From: the human T2T-CHM13v2.0 reference genome, Homo sapiens
DNA length: 64,000 nucleotides
Strand: one strand, 5' to 3'
Assembly (NCBI RefSeq): GCF_009914755.1
Contig: NC_060937.1
Part shown: piece by piece, positions 1-15,844 of the stretch
Numbering within the stretch: the stretch's first letter is position 1
How the letters are laid out: each line of letters starts with the position of its first letter
The notes under the pieces: generated by a model
The model's database searches: none
Told to the model about the DNA's origin: nothing
The model's input: the letters and a program-made list of their open reading frames with translations, nothing else
Made by a program: the position numbers and the translations under genes

Positions 1-232
1 CATTTGTATGTCTTCTCTTGAGAAATATCTATTCAGATCATTTGCCATTTTTAACTCAGATTATTTAGGTTCATTTGCTGTTGAGTTGTTTGAGTTCTGG
101 TTATTAACTGCTTGTTGGATGAATCGTTCGTGAATGATTTCTTCTGTTCTGTAGGTTGTCTCTCACTCTGCCGACTGTTTCCTCTGCTGTGCAGAAACTT
201 TTTAGCTTGATGTGATCCCATTTGTCTACTTT
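1..232 (-). mobile_element. Old L1 ORF2 fragment
   Basis: Antisense L1 signatures catttgtatgtcttct...gagaaat.tctattcagatc and tttcct.tgctgtgcagaa.ctttttag. Confidence 0.8.
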
Positions 233-991
233 TTAGAATGATGAATTTTGTACTTCATTACTTACTAACTCATTTTTCCTGGAAGGAGCTTTCCAAGACC
301 TTCTAATTCATCTCCCTATCTCCAGAGTTGATTAACTGAGTTTTCCAGGCTTCCAAGAAAAGCATGTTGCATAACACCTGTCTGAAAGTGTTCTACCATC
401 TACCTTCACTTTGTCTGCTTTGTTATCTCCAGCCCAGTCATACACTTGGACTGTGGGACTGAAATTTCCCCCTAACTAGGAGATGGGAATTACGTTCACT
501 CAGCTATAATTGCCACTTCCTGGGAAACCCTTTCTCTCTCCTGTTCTTGGGGCACTGCCAGCCAAGTTTCCCATCCCTGAGCCCTCAGTGGGGCTACTTG
601 CCATCTATCTTCAGCTCCAGGTCACCAACACCAGCACTTTATCTGTGAGCAGCAATAAAATGAATTCATCTCCTATAATGATTTTAAAGGGCCTGTGCTA
701 TTCTTGGAGTGTGGAGAAGGGAGAGGCTGGGCAAATAGTTCTTTAGGATCTCAAACAAAGGCTTCTTGCTTCTATTAGTTCTCATAAAATTTTTCATGGA
801 ACTTTATAAAGAATATTGAACAAATCCTCCCTTCCCTTTTGCCCAGAGTCAGGCTATGGAGCAGACTGAACTCCAGGTTGCAGGCCTGGAATTGGTCCTT
901 GTGTTGCCACTCACTTGCTCTGAGATATTGTGAAAGCCACTCCACCCCACTGAATTTCCATTTTCCGATCTGTAGAGCACTTAGAGCCAAT

Positions 992-1364
992 TGTATCTCT
1001 CAGAGTGCAACCAGGGAAACAGAACCAAGGGAGGTATACAGTTAGGGACTGACTGCAAGGAACTGGCTGATACAGTTATGGGGGCTACCAGGGGCAGGCT
1101 GGAGCTCAGGGCGTGAGCCCAGGCTGCCATAACAGTGGCAGTTGTGCCATCTTCTTCAGGAAGCCTCAGCTCTGCTCTTACAGGTTTTCACCTGTTTGGA
1201 TCAGGCCCACCCACGTCAGCCAGGACAATCTCCTTTGCCTAAGGTCAACTGATTATGGACATTAGTCACATTTTCAAAATACCTCACAGCAACCTCTATG
1301 ACTGTTTGGTTGAATAACCTGGGACTGTAGCCTCACCAGGTGGATGCATCAAGGTGACCCTCAC
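992..1364 (-). mobile_element. MLT2-type ERVL LTR
   Basis: TG...CA ends; MLT2 motifs ggcccaccca...aatctccttt...gtcaactgat...atacctcacagcaac. Confidence 0.7.
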
Positions 1365-2197
1365 AGCAATGTTTGTTCCTGCCAACCCCGAATAATGGGA
1401 AGTAATACTTCGGAGGTTTTAAACGTGCTCTTTTAGAAGCTTCAGAAATTGATGAAAAGAACCTAAGAATATTAATTTCTAAACTGTGAACATTCAATGC
1501 TCCCATATTAGTTAGCATACATACATATAATTCCACATAGTTGTAATCAGTGTACACAGCAACATAACTTTCTGCTCTTTTCCTTTAACTTTATTTGGTG
1601 TAAGCATGTCCTGGCATTGATATTTTCTACATATTGAGGTCACTTTTCCCAATTATTTTATAGCATTTATTCATGTTAATGTACTATAGTTTTAAGCACT
1701 AGCCCCTTTTTTGGCCATTTGAACAGTTCTAAATGTCTGCAATTTAAAAAGCACTATTGTGAACATATTTACACAAATCAGTGTTTAACTTTTGAGTCAT
1801 TTCACTAAAGTATAATTGGTTCCAAATGTAGAATTACTGGGCCAAAAGATGTAAAGAAGCTTGTAGCCACCATTATGTACAGCTGGATTGCTTTACAGAA
1901 GGACAGGACTGATTCATAACGCATCTAAAAATGTATAAGAACATTTGTTATCCTAAAGCTCTGCTATCATTTCAATGGTTCTTTTCCTAAAATTTATTTA
2001 ATTTCAAAAAGCACATGTTGATCTTAAAAGATGCAGCCCCTTAACCATCAGAAAGCATCTTTTCCCAAATACAGTCATGTGCCACATAATGTTTCAGTCA
2101 ATGACGGTGGTCCCATGAGATTTTAATGGAGCTGAAAAATTCCTATCATCTAGTGAGGTCGCTCTCATAACACCACAGCATTAAAACACATCGCTCG

Positions 2198-2518
<321 letters not shown>

Positions 2519-2690
2519 CTATTGTGAATAAACCTACTTTGCTGCCAGTCATTTAAAAAGCAAAATAAATAAAATTTTAAAATAAGAAAAATCTTATAGA
2601 TTATGGATATAAAGAAAGAAAATATTTTTGTACTGCTGTACAGTGTGTGTTTTAAGTGTTATTGCAAAAGAATCAAAAAGTTTTAAAAAG

Positions 2691-2815
2691 AGCCTGGCAT
2701 GGTGGGCTTATGACTGCAATTCCAGCTACTGGGGAGGCTGAGGCTGGGGGATTGCCTGAGATGAGGAATTCAAGACCAGCCCAGGCAACACAGGGAGACT
2801 TTATCTCTTAAAAAA
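2691..2815 (+). mobile_element. Alu monomer (FLAM-like)
   Basis: Diverged left-arm sequence with short A tail. Confidence 0.7.
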
Positions 2816-3491
2816 TATAGCTGAGGTTAATTTATTGAAGAAAGAAAAATATTTTGTATCAATTTAGTGTAGCCGAAGTGTACAGCTTTATTGAGTCTAC
2901 AGGAGTGTATAGTAATGTCCTAGGCCTTCACATCCACCCGCCACTTACTCACTGACTCACCCAAAGCAACTTCCAGTCTTGCAAGTGTGCATTCATAGTA
3001 AGTGTGCTATGCAGGCATGCCACTTTTTATCTTTTACCCTCTATTTTTACTCTACCTTTTCTACCTTTAGATATGTTTAGATACAGAAATACTTATCATT
3101 GTGTAGTGATTACCTACAATATTTAGTACAGTAACATGTGGTACAGGTTTGTAGCCTAGGAGCAACAGGCTATACAATACAGCCTGGTATGTAGTAGGCT
3201 ATAGCACCTGGGTTTGTGTGAGTACATGCTATGGTATTCGCAGGATGACAACATTGCCCAACGATGCATTTCTCAGACTGTATCCCCACCCTTAAGTAAG
3301 GCATGACTGCAGTGATGTTCTGTCCTGGTTTCCTCCTGTGTAAACCCCCACAGCATGTCCCGCACTCACTATACGCTGCCTCCTAACTAGCATCTCTTCA
3401 GCTAGATCAGAAGCTACTTGAGAATAAAAGCCATTCTTACCACTCCTTCAGAGCCTCCAAAGTATCAAGGCCTTTGCAGGCACTGCAATTA

Positions 3492-4833
3492 CAGTGGACC
3501 CTTGAAGAACACAGGGATCGGGGTGCCGATCCCCTGCACAGTTAAAAACCTATGTATAACTTTTGACTCTTCTAAAACTTAACTGCTAATAGCCTACGGT
3601 TGACTGGAAGCCTTACTGATAACATAAACAGTCCATTCACACATATTGTGTATGTTATACGTATTATCTGCTATATTCTCTTACAATATAGCAAGCTAGA
3701 GAAAAGAAAATGTTATTAAGAAAAATTATAAGGAAGAGAAAATACATTTATAGTACTATACTGTATTTATCAATATTGTGAATTTGCATGGTCTGTTTAC
3801 AAGATGAGTTGTCTGAAATGATGGCAGCTGCAGCTGCAGACCTCAGTCTATGGTACATAGCAAGCAATTCAACTGTTTCTTGTAATGTCATTATTTTTCT
3901 CTGCTTTCCAGGAGTACTTCCAGCATCACTAGTCACACTTTGTATGGGTCCTATGGTGTTAACCAAGGTATTGCACTCAACACGATGAAAAATACACAGG
4001 AATCCTGAGAGATCACCTTTTACCAATGGTAATTTGCAATTTACTAGAGAGATGAACTGCTCATGTGGAGACGATGAGCGTCACACAGCGTTTTTTTTTT
4101 TTGAGATGGAGTCTCGCTCTGTCGCCCAGGCTGGAGTGCAGTGGCTGATCTCAGTTCACTGCAAGCTCCGCCTCCCAGGTTCACGCCATTCTCCTGCCTC
4201 AGCCTCCCCAGCAGCTGGGACTACAGGCGCCCGCCACTACGCCCGGCTAATTTTTTGTATTTTTAGTAGAGACGGGGTTTCACCGTGTTAGCCAGGATGG
4301 TCTCGATCTCCTGACCTAGTGATCTGCCCACCTCTGCCTCCCAAAGTGCTGGGATTACAGGCATGAGCCACCGCGACTGGCCCCACACAGCGTTTTAAGC
4401 AGATACACACTTGAGCTCACACTTGAGCTCACCGCTAGCAATGAAATGATTACAGCATTACAGTAAGCACTGCAGCTGATTTTATGCAGTTATGATTTAA
4501 CTGCATCTTTATGTTTGTTTACATTCTCCTGACTGCAAATGGTCCCGTATATTCTGTTATAAGTCTTGATAAATTTTAACTTTTTATTATAGATTTCTAT
4601 ATATTGTATGGGAGTAAAAGATAAAATAAACTAGTATCTACATATATTTTATGCATCAATGACATATCTAACTTTTTCTTAATTTTTTTGATATTTCTAG
4701 GCTATGCAATTCATTAGTGAGCTTTTTCTAATTGTCACAAATCTCAAAAAAATTTTCCAATATATGTATTGGAAAGAAATTCTGTATAAATGGACCCAGG
4801 CAGTTCAAACTGATGTTGTTCAAGGGCCAACTG
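3492..4833 (-). mobile_element. Tigger2-type DNA transposon interrupted by an Alu
   Basis: Inverted termini CAGTGGACCCTTGAAGAACA and TGTTGTTCAAGGGCCAACTG, preceded by TA. Confidence 0.8.
4091..4383 (-). mobile_element. AluY-like element inside Tigger2
   Basis: Full dimer; TSD cacacagcgtttt. Confidence 0.93.
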
Positions 4834-6028
4834 CATACCTGCCTGAGGGGCACGTGGCAAGGGTGAGATGAAGGTCCTCCCGGGCTTCCTGGCGTGTGTG
4901 TAATACTGGGTCTCCACCGAGTTCCCAAAGCAGGCCATCTATGAAAGAACCTTCAGGCTTGAAAAGACAGAAAACGTTTCCATAATTTATTGGTTAGATT
5001 CTGTACATGCTAATGATATACTTACTGTTATTAATTATAGCTGGACTAATCAACATCTTCTTTCAGATTTAACATGAACTTACCAAAGCCAAGCTTGATT
5101 TTCCAAATCAAAAACAAAGTGGTCTTCTAGAGTGGGCATTTCTGTTTGAGAAAATGCTCTTTTGAGGGAGAGTAGGGGGCCCTAGAAGGGCTAACAATAG
5201 CAGGGAACTCTCCAAGTAGGAGGAGAAGACCATCATATACAACTTTGTGGAATGTTTCTGTCTTTATGACCATGTTGCAGGACTAAGAATTCATGGCACA
5301 CAGTTGCAGAATCATTGACAAGGTAAGCTGAAACCTCAAGAAATCACCTTTTTGTGTTTCTCCCTTCTTATGCATTAATAGTCCTAGTCAAATAATCTGA
5401 TTCCATGTGGCTGAGACCAAAGAGGCCAAGAAAACAAGGGTGTTTAGATCTTCCCTGTTCCCCAACCTCCAAATCTAGGTGATCCCATCAGCTGCAGATG
5501 TCTTGTCTTTGCTGATCACATCCAGGAAAGAATTGCTGAATATCCTACTTCCTTTTATTTTACAGAAGGAGTTTACATGCTGCATTTGAAAACAGAGTTC
5601 ATAACCAATATGAAATTTAGCGGAAGTAACTTGACCTCATGGAATTTGTGGGAAAACTCAGAATTCAAATCACTTCCTTGCAGCCTCTCAAGTGAGTCGA
5701 AAGCAGAGCCCCTACTCCGTGCTTCTCTCGCCTGGAACTCACTGTCACTGTCTGCTGGTCCACTGCTCCCAGTCACTCCAACGTGAGGAAGCCGGCTTCA
5801 GAGCAAACCACAAGGAAATCTGGTTTATGAAAATGGAGCAGTCTCCTGATAACATCTGGCCGTTCATCACTAGCTTCTTCAGGTAAACCCCACTCTAAAA
5901 AGAAATGGATCCTACAGGTCTCCTACTGGATGCCCACAAATGGCTGAAAACTGCCATTTGATTTGATTTATTCTCTATACACTAGAAGTTCTCTATGTGG
6001 TTTGTCGGGCTAATGAGCCTAAGGAGAT

Positions 6029-6423
6029 TGTATTAGGGTTCTCCAGAGACAAAACAAATAGGATGTCGAGAGAGAGAGAGAAAAAAGAGAGAAAGATTTG
6101 AAGGAATTGGCTCACATGATTGTGAGACTGGCAAATCCAGTCTACAGGAGAGGCTGGAGGCCCAGGCACAGTTGATGTAGCTAAAGGCCAAGGGCAGTCT
6201 GAAGGCAGAATTCCCTCCTCCTTGGGGGACCCAAATGTTTTAACTTCTTTAACTCATTGGGTAAAGCCCACCCCCATTATGGAGCAGACTCTGCTTTACT
6301 CACATCTACTGATCCAACTGCTAATCACATCTGAAAAACACCTTCACAGAGACTTCCAGATTGGTGTTTGGACAACTGGGTACCGTGAATTAGCCACATT
6401 GACACGTAAAATAAATCTTCCCA
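6029..6423 (-). mobile_element. MLT2-type ERVL solo LTR
   Basis: tgtattagggttctccagaga start; exact 5-bp TSD GAGAT at 6024-6028 and 6424-6428. Confidence 0.85.
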
Positions 6424-7624
6424 GAGATTCATGTAGAATTCCCAGAGAAGGGAAAGGTTGCATCAAAAGTGAGTGGAGTGGCTGAGCCGAGACAAGTGTG
6501 TTCACTTCTGCAGGGCATGCCTTTTTCACTGCTTGCTGAGGCTGAGGGGATGATGCTCTCGGCAGAGGAGCCAGTATCCAGTCCCTCGGAAGGGGAAGGC
6601 TCAGGGCATAGCCCCCAGCCTGACTCCTCCTGACTAGCCTACGCCCTACCCACACTAGTCTTTCCTAGGCATGGAGGCAGGTAAAGGAGAAGAAAGATGC
6701 CCCTATGTTGCCACTCAAGTGCTGGTAAGCTTCACAGGCATTTTGTGAGAAAATGTGTGTGATCTTGGAGATCTGAGCAACTGCGATTGTCTAGACTGGG
6801 ACCAACGCTGGCCCTGCAGCTGAGCAGAGCAGCCCTCCCACATGTTGATGACAGCCTCAGGCCAAACAACCTGCCACAGAGGGTAGAGAGCAATGGACAA
6901 AGCCCAGGATTCAGTGAACTGAACTGGAAAATCTTTCATAGAGATGACAGGTGCCCAGACCCGAGATGGGGGTCTATGGAATTGGAAACTGACAAAGTGG
7001 ATGTAAACTGTGTCCTGCTGGCCTCATTGTCCTCTGCTAATTCAGAATCCTGATGCCTACAAGGCCCCCAGCAGCCTCCAGACACCAGGAGAGGTGGAGT
7101 CTTTCTCTTTCCTCTCCTGGGATCCAGCCCTGGCCACACCCCACAGCTCACTCCACATCACCAGACACAAGGGTTTGCGGCCACTCCCTGCAGGTTCCTG
7201 CTGAACAGCTCACTCTTCCAGGCACCACCCAGAGCTTGCAGGTGCCAAAACCTCAGCACTGACAGAGGTCTGTGAAACAGGCATTGAAGCTTTCCTGTCA
7301 GCATCCCCGGGCCAGGGACATGTTCATGAGCTAGGCTGTGAGACCATACACATTACAACACACTCTCCTGTCCTCCCAGGGACTAAGGATTTGGCCTGGA
7401 CCAACCTTTGTGTGCCTGGCACCTTCTTCTCTGTGAGGGGGCACCTCCACCGGCTGCTTTCCTTTTGGTTCACTCTGGTAGTTAACCAGACATGCCTGGA
7501 AAGCACTTAATCCCGGTGCTGGACACAGTGAGGCTCAAGCTGGAAACCCTGCCATGCTGATAACGTGTTCCTCTGCCCTTGTGCAAAACACACACATGCT
7601 AGTTACATTTAAGAATGTAGAAAT

Positions 7625-7957
<333 letters not shown>

Positions 7958-8503
7958 TCATCCTAATTCAATATATTGCTTATAGAATGAAATCTACATC
8001 TTTATTTATGAAAAGTTTTCTGTGGATGCCAACAATACACAAGAACCAGAAGCCAGCACTTGCTAGGATGCTTGAACTTGCCCTTGGTGAGCCGTGCACC
8101 TCATCTCGGGCTGCCGCTGCTGGTGTAACTGGCTGTGCAGGCTCACCCACACTCCCACACCCCCCTTTTTCTTTAACAAGTGAAATCCTTTCTCAGGGGG
8201 TGGCTATGAGATGTTTGCCCCTTAGTCCACAGGTAGGAGCTATAAGAGCACAGCACCCCATTTTAATTAAATGCAATAGAACTACCACATAAGTACATAA
8301 AGGCAAGGCAAAGTGACAGTGTCCAGACCAGCAAGTGCTAGAGTCAACAGAGATCTTAAACGGCATCTAATCCAGGGCCCTTGACCTTAGAACACAACTC
8401 CAGGGAGCGGCCTCAGCTCCCTCTAACCACTGCAGTTAGATTCTCGGGGCTGCCCCAGCCTCCATACAGGCAGGCTGAGGACCAGTGACGTGATGTGGTC
8501 CGG

Positions 8504-8656
8504 GGGTTCTCAAGCCCACTGGTTCATAAGAAGCACCTGGGGAGCTTTATAAAGATAAACCTCGAGGGCTTGTCTCAGAATTACTTGGACGTGGGGTCTG
8601 GAAATCTGTATTTTTAAAGCTCCCCAGGAGATTGTTTCAGGTTTGGGACCCATTGA
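8504..8656. mobile_element. MER5A-like hAT MITE
   Basis: ggttctcaa...cacctggggagcttt...ggaaatctgtatttttaaagctcccca...tttgggacccattg. Confidence 0.7.
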
Positions 8657-10027
8657 TCTTCTCAGCTCCAACACTGTCTGAGGCCACAGAAAGGCGAAAT
8701 GTTCATTCCGTTCCCAGCAAATTCAGTGAGCAAACAAGAAAGCAGGACTAGAATTCAGGTCTACAGAACTCGCAGTTCAGCATCATTTATGAAAAATTAT
8801 TATATCTCTCTCTCAAGCTAGGAAGAAACATATGCTAGTGGTCACAAAAAACTAAAACATGTTGTTTCTACTTCATCAAGGAACACCCCCTCATCTAGAA
8901 ATAAACTCCAGCCCCAAATTGAGTGTTTTCAGTTGCTTATAAGGAAGACCTTCCTAACTGCAAAAGTCAATTACTGGAATCAAGGGTGACGTGGGAGGGC
9001 TCCTTGTAAAATGATATTTGTAAAACATTCTTTCACTTCTCCAAGAGAATTGAGATGCAGAAGCCACTTTGACATGCCTGTCACTGTGGCGGTGCCTTTG
9101 AAAGACCTGAAGGAAGTACAAGACGTGGCCTCCAGGGGCACACCTCCTTCCCAGGAAGACAAACAAATGATATGGAGCCCCCAGAGGGTGGCAGGGCAAA
9201 CACGATGATGCCTCAGCCCTTGGGAGAGTGGGCAGAGCGTTGCTCAGACAATGCTCCTTTAGCAAAACAAGCCTGAAAGGCAGAATACGGCTCCAAGCCC
9301 CATCCAACCCTAGAAGAAGGGAAACAGTCACCGTTTGATTTTTCTTTTAGATTTTCTAGTTCCTTGTTCCTTGGTGCTGTCATTGTTGGAGTGTTTTGTT
9401 GTTTCTTTTGATTTTTGTTAGTTTGCTTGGGGTTGTCTTTCACCCAAGCAATCCTTTGCTCAGTCAGAAATGAAGTATTTGACACATGGTTGCGAAGCCT
9501 GGGGCTGTTCTATAAATTCCTGGTGCTTGAGTGATTCCAGGTGTCCTGCATGAATGAGGATCTCATCCCTGTGTCTGGAGCCCCGAGCATTGTAGAATGT
9601 GCTCCCTCTGCTGGTTCCCTCTAAAAACGAAAACTTGGTTTTGAAACGGATTTGAATTCCCACAGTGCTCTCTCCTCAGATCCAAGAATCTGACCTCTGC
9701 AGAGTGATTAGAATTTTCTGGCTAAAGCGATTTTTTGTTTAAAACAACAACAACCTGACTCCTAGACTCATTCAGGTTGACCACCTTAGACAAATCCGGC
9801 TCACATGGGCCCTTGGAAGAGAATGCTATGGTGAAAAGAGAAAATCAGAATGTGTTTATTTTCATAGTTGGCCCAGCAACGAGCAGAGCAAGGCAGCTCG
9901 GGCAATGTCCTCAGATGTGCCCACGGACAAGCTGTAAAGGACTCACACCTAAGGTATCTAGGAGGACGAGGGCCACCGGAGTCAGCAAATAAAAACACCA
10001 GAGGGCCAGTTAAATATGCATTTCAGT

Positions 10028-10148
10028 GTAGTCCTGGTTACTCATGAGGATGAGGCGGGAGGATCGCGTGAGCCCAGGAATTTGATGATTGCACCACCAC
10101 ACTCCAGCCTGGGCTGCAGAGCAAGACTGTCTCAAAAAAAAAAAAAAG
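10028..10148 (+). mobile_element. 5'-truncated Alu (right arm only)
   Basis: TSD tgcatttcagt at 10017 and 10149. Confidence 0.85.
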
Positions 10149-11576
10149 TGCATTTCAGTTAAACAACAAACAGTGTGTAAAGTATAAGTATGTCCCATTT
10201 AATACTTGAGACATAGTAATAAATCTCACAAGGCTCCCTGTGTTTTATCAGGCAACCCTAAAGGTGAGGAAAGAGGAACTAGGAGGAGGAGAAAGCTCAG
10301 TCTAGAGGCTTAAAAGGCTCTTGGATGCCAACTGCTCAAACGTGCTGGTGCCTGGAAGCTGGTGACAGCTGAGCCACTAGACCAGAGATGATAGACTGCC
10401 CCACGGAGACCCCGGCATAAGTCTTCTGTGTGGGGTGCTATTGCAAGAGCTCAGACTGGGAAGAATCTGTTCTCTGCCATCTCTGCAGGGCTGATTTAAA
10501 TCCCACCACCTTGTCTTTTTTACACGACCTATTTATTACGAGACACTTTAAAGAACCTTAGTAAAATACTTTGGTCTTATCATCTTCAAAGTCTTGGTTT
10601 CAATCCCAGTGTTATGGAGCTCTTCCCTGCAGTTTTACCTCCTCCAGCCAGGCCCTGCTCCTCCATTTATCAACTGATTAATCAAATGCCACTGGTCCTG
10701 CTTGTGTGACTTCGCCTGTTTCCCAGGCTATACTCATGCTGGTTGCATATTAACACATACTGTGCTTCAGCAGCCAGTGGCTTTATTTCCTAAGGGGACA
10801 TTTCACAGGCACAAAAAGATCACCCATAAATTTACCTTTTTTCCCCTCACATGAACCAGGAGAGGGTGTACTGAGTTTAAGCTGGGCCTTTCCCACTTCC
10901 ATCTCCCTGCACCCAAGTCCACTTTAGGAGCTGGCCTGGCACCACCCAACGTACGTGAGTGGTGGATGAGACCTCAGGGCCTCAGCCACCGCCACATCTC
11001 AGGCAGACTTTCCAAGAGAACCTGCAGCCAAGCAGCTACCAGTTTTCTCCTGGTCATCCCATGACAGCACAGTTGTTTTTTCATTCTCTTTACTTGTTTT
11101 TTTCTTGCCTAAAATCCCTAGGTGTGTTTTTAAACCCTTCACTGGCAGTGGACAGCCCACTCTGTGTGCCTTTCTGGGTTAGCAAGGACTAAGTCAGGGC
11201 CTGGCGTGTGTGAGACTGGGATGTGGGCTGTGCTCCTTCTCTTTTTTTCCCACTTCTCCCAAGAGTAAATGTCCTGTCTTTGTGAAGAGCTGATCCCAAG
11301 ATCGATGTGTTCACAGAGCTAGACCAGCTTGTTTCATGCTGACTTAGATGTTGGGTTACCATAGACAGTTATTTAAAGCACCTCAGAGAGAAAGAAAGGC
11401 GGCCAAGATAATGAAGTAATCATTATCATCTGCGCCTGCCCTGGAGGGACACTGGCCCCAAAAGGACAAGGTCATTCTAATGCACCCCAAAACCCAGCCT
11501 GGCATCTCACAAGGGACAGATCTGGCATGAAAATGTGGGGGGATGAACACAGCTCTATTAACTAGAAAAAGAACCA

Positions 11577-11883
<307 letters not shown>

Positions 11884-13041
11884 GCGATGATCTCAAATCC
11901 TACTTTTTAAAAAATTAATTTAGATCATCGTTTAAGAATGACAGCCCCATCATTATTAGATTGAAGCTAATCTTTATGACCAAGGCAGCCAGGTCCTTTG
12001 TGACATTCTCTCATTCCCTAGCTCCCGCTTCCCTACGCAACTCTTAGAGCAGCTTGGTTCACCCTGGAAACATGGATAAATATCCATGTATCAGGGGCAT
12101 GGAGAGGGGAGGAGACATAGAAATTTCTCTAACTTAGATTGGGTGACTGGCATTTGCCCTTTTCCTGGTTTCATCTCAAAGACTCTTGATAGGGCAAATA
12201 AATAGTGTCTGAAATGGTCTCAGGGAAATTGGCAGGGTGGGGGGCTCAACTGCATCTGCTAGAAGCAGGAGCCTGCTGGTACAGATCTGCTCCTGGTGGG
12301 AGCCAGCACAGGGGAACCCAGGCCGGAGTCTCAGGCTGGAACAGTTGCAGGCCAAGCAACTTCACAAAGTCAGGAGGGCTCTTGTTTTTTGTGACAGAAC
12401 CTCTCATCTTCTCCTAAATGTTGTTTCCATCATGCTGCTCTCATTCTCAAGGGCCTCAAAGCACAAGGATAAAGCCCAGTGTCTGCAAAGCCCACCTGGC
12501 TTGACAGCCAGACTCCTGCTGTGCTCTGATGGGACTGTCTGCTGGGCCACCATGCACCTACCCTGGACTCTGCAGGAGCCAGTCTCCTCCTGCCTCCTTT
12601 TCTCCCACATTACACACTGCCCTCCTCCTCAGCTTACCCAGCCTTCAGAATCCACTTGAACTTGAGCCCCTTCCGGAATCGCTCCTCTTTCCTTGCCTAG
12701 AGCTCATCCCTTGCTTGCTGCTCTGAACAAAAGGTCTGACCTGTTGAGCCAGCACTGGCCTTGGGCTGGCTTCGGACTCCTCTTACGTCAATATTCTCAT
12801 CTAAGGGTGATGTCTTATCTCCCTAGACAGGTTGAAAGCTCTTTCAGGGGATAGGCCTGGTATGATGCTGCACACATGTCACAAGCCTCCAATCAATAGT
12901 TCAGGAATAAATAAATGTTTGTGTGTCTGTGTTTGTCCCCCCAGCTCTGGAAAGCGTGGGAGCCAATGACCAAGAGGGCAGCCTCTCACTTATCAAAGAG
13001 CCACATTCCTCCCGAGTTAACGAGCATATTTGTGTGAATAA

Positions 13042-13401
<360 letters not shown>

Positions 13402-13567
13402 TTATATGTGTTACAACTTTCTATGATAAAAGTGGAGATGATTCACATGGGGTGAACCTGTTTTCATTCTAAGATTGAAAAACAAAAATCAAAAAACTCA
13501 GAATGAAGTTTGTTTTTCAATCACCTATTAAATGGAAAATGGTAATTTTCTGAAAAAGCATCTCATT

Positions 13568-13875
13568 ATGGGGGACTTGGGGGAATGGAGAGATGTAGGG
13601 CAAAGGACCCAAAGCCGCAGATATGTGGGGTGAGAAGTCTAGAGATCCGAGGCCCAGCATGAGCCCTATAGTGGCAACATTGTATTAGATCCAGGAAATG
13701 TGCACAGAGTAGATTTTCCATGCTCCTATCACACAGGCCCTCTCCCCGCCACCCCACACACAGAGGGTAACTGTGGGAGGGGATGGATATGTGAATTTGC
13801 TTGATAATCATAACTATCTCACTGTGCATAAGTATATCAAAATATCATGTTGTACACTTTAAATATAATAAAAAG
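13568..13875 (+). mobile_element. Old L1M 3' end
   Basis: ggtaactgtg...gatggatatgtgaatt.gcttgat...tatatcaaaatatcatgttgtacac ending in aataaa. Confidence 0.75.
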
Positions 13876-15564
13876 CATCTTATTACACAACATAAGTCAC
13901 AGGGAATGAAAACTGTGGGAACCTAAAGTACCCCAGCCATTGTGACATTTCGGGGAAGCTGTACCCACAGAAGGAGAAGGTGTGCCTGTCTGAGCCCCTC
14001 ACAGGCCCGCACCTGCTTCTGGAAACGCCACTGCTGATTCCCATCAGTCATGGTGTTTACAGCTCCAGGCAGGATCATCACTGGAGCTGACTTGCTAATT
14101 TCTGAAAAGCCAGTATTTCTTTTCTGGAGGATGTTCATATGCCAATCTCAGGATTTCCTGTGCATGAAGAAATGAGGACACAGTGTGGAAGCGTGCTTGC
14201 CTGAAGCTTTGTTTTGTTTTTTCATCCTGGCTCCAACCCCAGGCGGCCCTCCTCTCGTCGGGAGAGGAACACTGGCCGAGTCACAGCCAGTCGTGCTGAC
14301 TGGATACAGGTGCGTAGGGAGGGCTCCAGGTGGGGACTGTCCCATGTGTAGGAGAGGAATCCAGGGACAGGGAGAGGCCGAGTGGGCAGCAGAGGGACAG
14401 GCCAGTCGGACGCAAAGCAGGAAGTGGAGCTTCCTCTTCCCATTGTCATCTGGATCCTCCCGCTCCGTGTGGGGATCCTCACAGTCACACCTCTTTGAGC
14501 CAGCTGGTGGCCAGCCTGCGCACAGGAGGGACCTCCTGGGGTCCCCAAGGGAAGCCACACACACAAGGCCCCAACTCAGCTGCTCTCCCAGACTCTCTCC
14601 CCACTTTCTTGGCGGGTGCAAAGGGATGGAAAAAAATCTGAATAACTAATCCTAAGTAGTACAAGTTATGCCATTTCCCCCAGAGAAACCTCTTTCCTCT
14701 AAACTCTGAAGGCACTTAGAGCCCATACCAGTTAGTGCTAAATTATTTTCCCTTTTGGCCCGTTTACTATTGGTTCTTCACTAATTTGGTCTCTCCAACT
14801 CAAGTCCAACTTCCTAGAGGGCAGAGGATGGCATGATTTTAGTACCATATCTCCCCACCACCCCTATATCTAGTACAGCTTAAATACATGAAGTATATAA
14901 TTTAATTAAAACAGGCTGAAAATACATATATCATGACATCCTATCCCAAATATATAATGTTCGTCAATATGAGCAGGTATAATAGAGAACCTTGGCGTGG
15001 ATAGGCTTGTTTTGAAAAGCAGCAAAACCTCAAGCAGAAGCTGCTACTAGCACATGTGGGCTGAGGAAGTCTCCCGGCTGCAGCCTGGCCTCTATGGCCA
15101 ACCCTCTAGGAGCCATTTGCACTGGGTGGGATCAGGGTACATTGCTCAGAACATTGTGGGTGATGGCCCTGGGACCGAACGTGTCTCAGGAGAAATCCAA
15201 TTCCTGATTCTACAGGTAAGTGCCTCCAGATGCCTGCATCACAGTTACCCAGGGCCTACCCACCTCAAGGCAGAGTCGGGTATCCAGATGACTAGAGGCA
15301 GCAAAGGACACGATTCTGGAGTTAGGGTTGGGGAATGGCCCCATTTTCCTTCTTTGGTAGAAGTCAACACTCCAGGACACCTGAATGGCACCAGAGGCTG
15401 CCACAAGGGCCATAGCAGTGACAGCTGAGACTAGTCCCTGGCAGAAGCCAAGAACTCTGCAGGATCAGAGAGGTGCCAGAGAACCTGACCATGGAAATGT
15501 TTTTGTCCTGCTTGTAGTAATAAACCGTCTTCCACCCTTGATACCAAAAGGAATAAGCAGCAAT

Positions 15565-15844
15565 CTTGGGCTCAATGGCTCACACCTGTAATCCCAGTAT
15601 TTCTGGGGCAGAGGTGAGCGGATCGCTTGAGCCCAGGAGTTGGAGGCCCGCCTGGGCAACATGGTGAAATCCCTTCTGTACCAAAAAAAACCACAAAAAT
15701 TAGCTGTGCCTGTAGTCCCAGCTACTCAGGAGGCTGAGGTGGGGGAATGGCTTGAGCCCAGGAGGCGGAAGTTGCAGTGAGCTGTAATCACACTGCACTC
15801 CATCCTGGGCAACAGAGCAAGACCGTCTTAAGAAAAAAAAAAAA
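15565..15844 (+). mobile_element. Old Alu (J-like) with internal deletions
   Basis: Alu dimer motifs and poly(A). Confidence 0.88.

Noticed and set aside
3748-4026. 92-aa ORF inside Tigger2 resembling a transposase N-terminus
   Set aside because: At most a short degenerate remnant in an internally deleted element; no catalytic domain.
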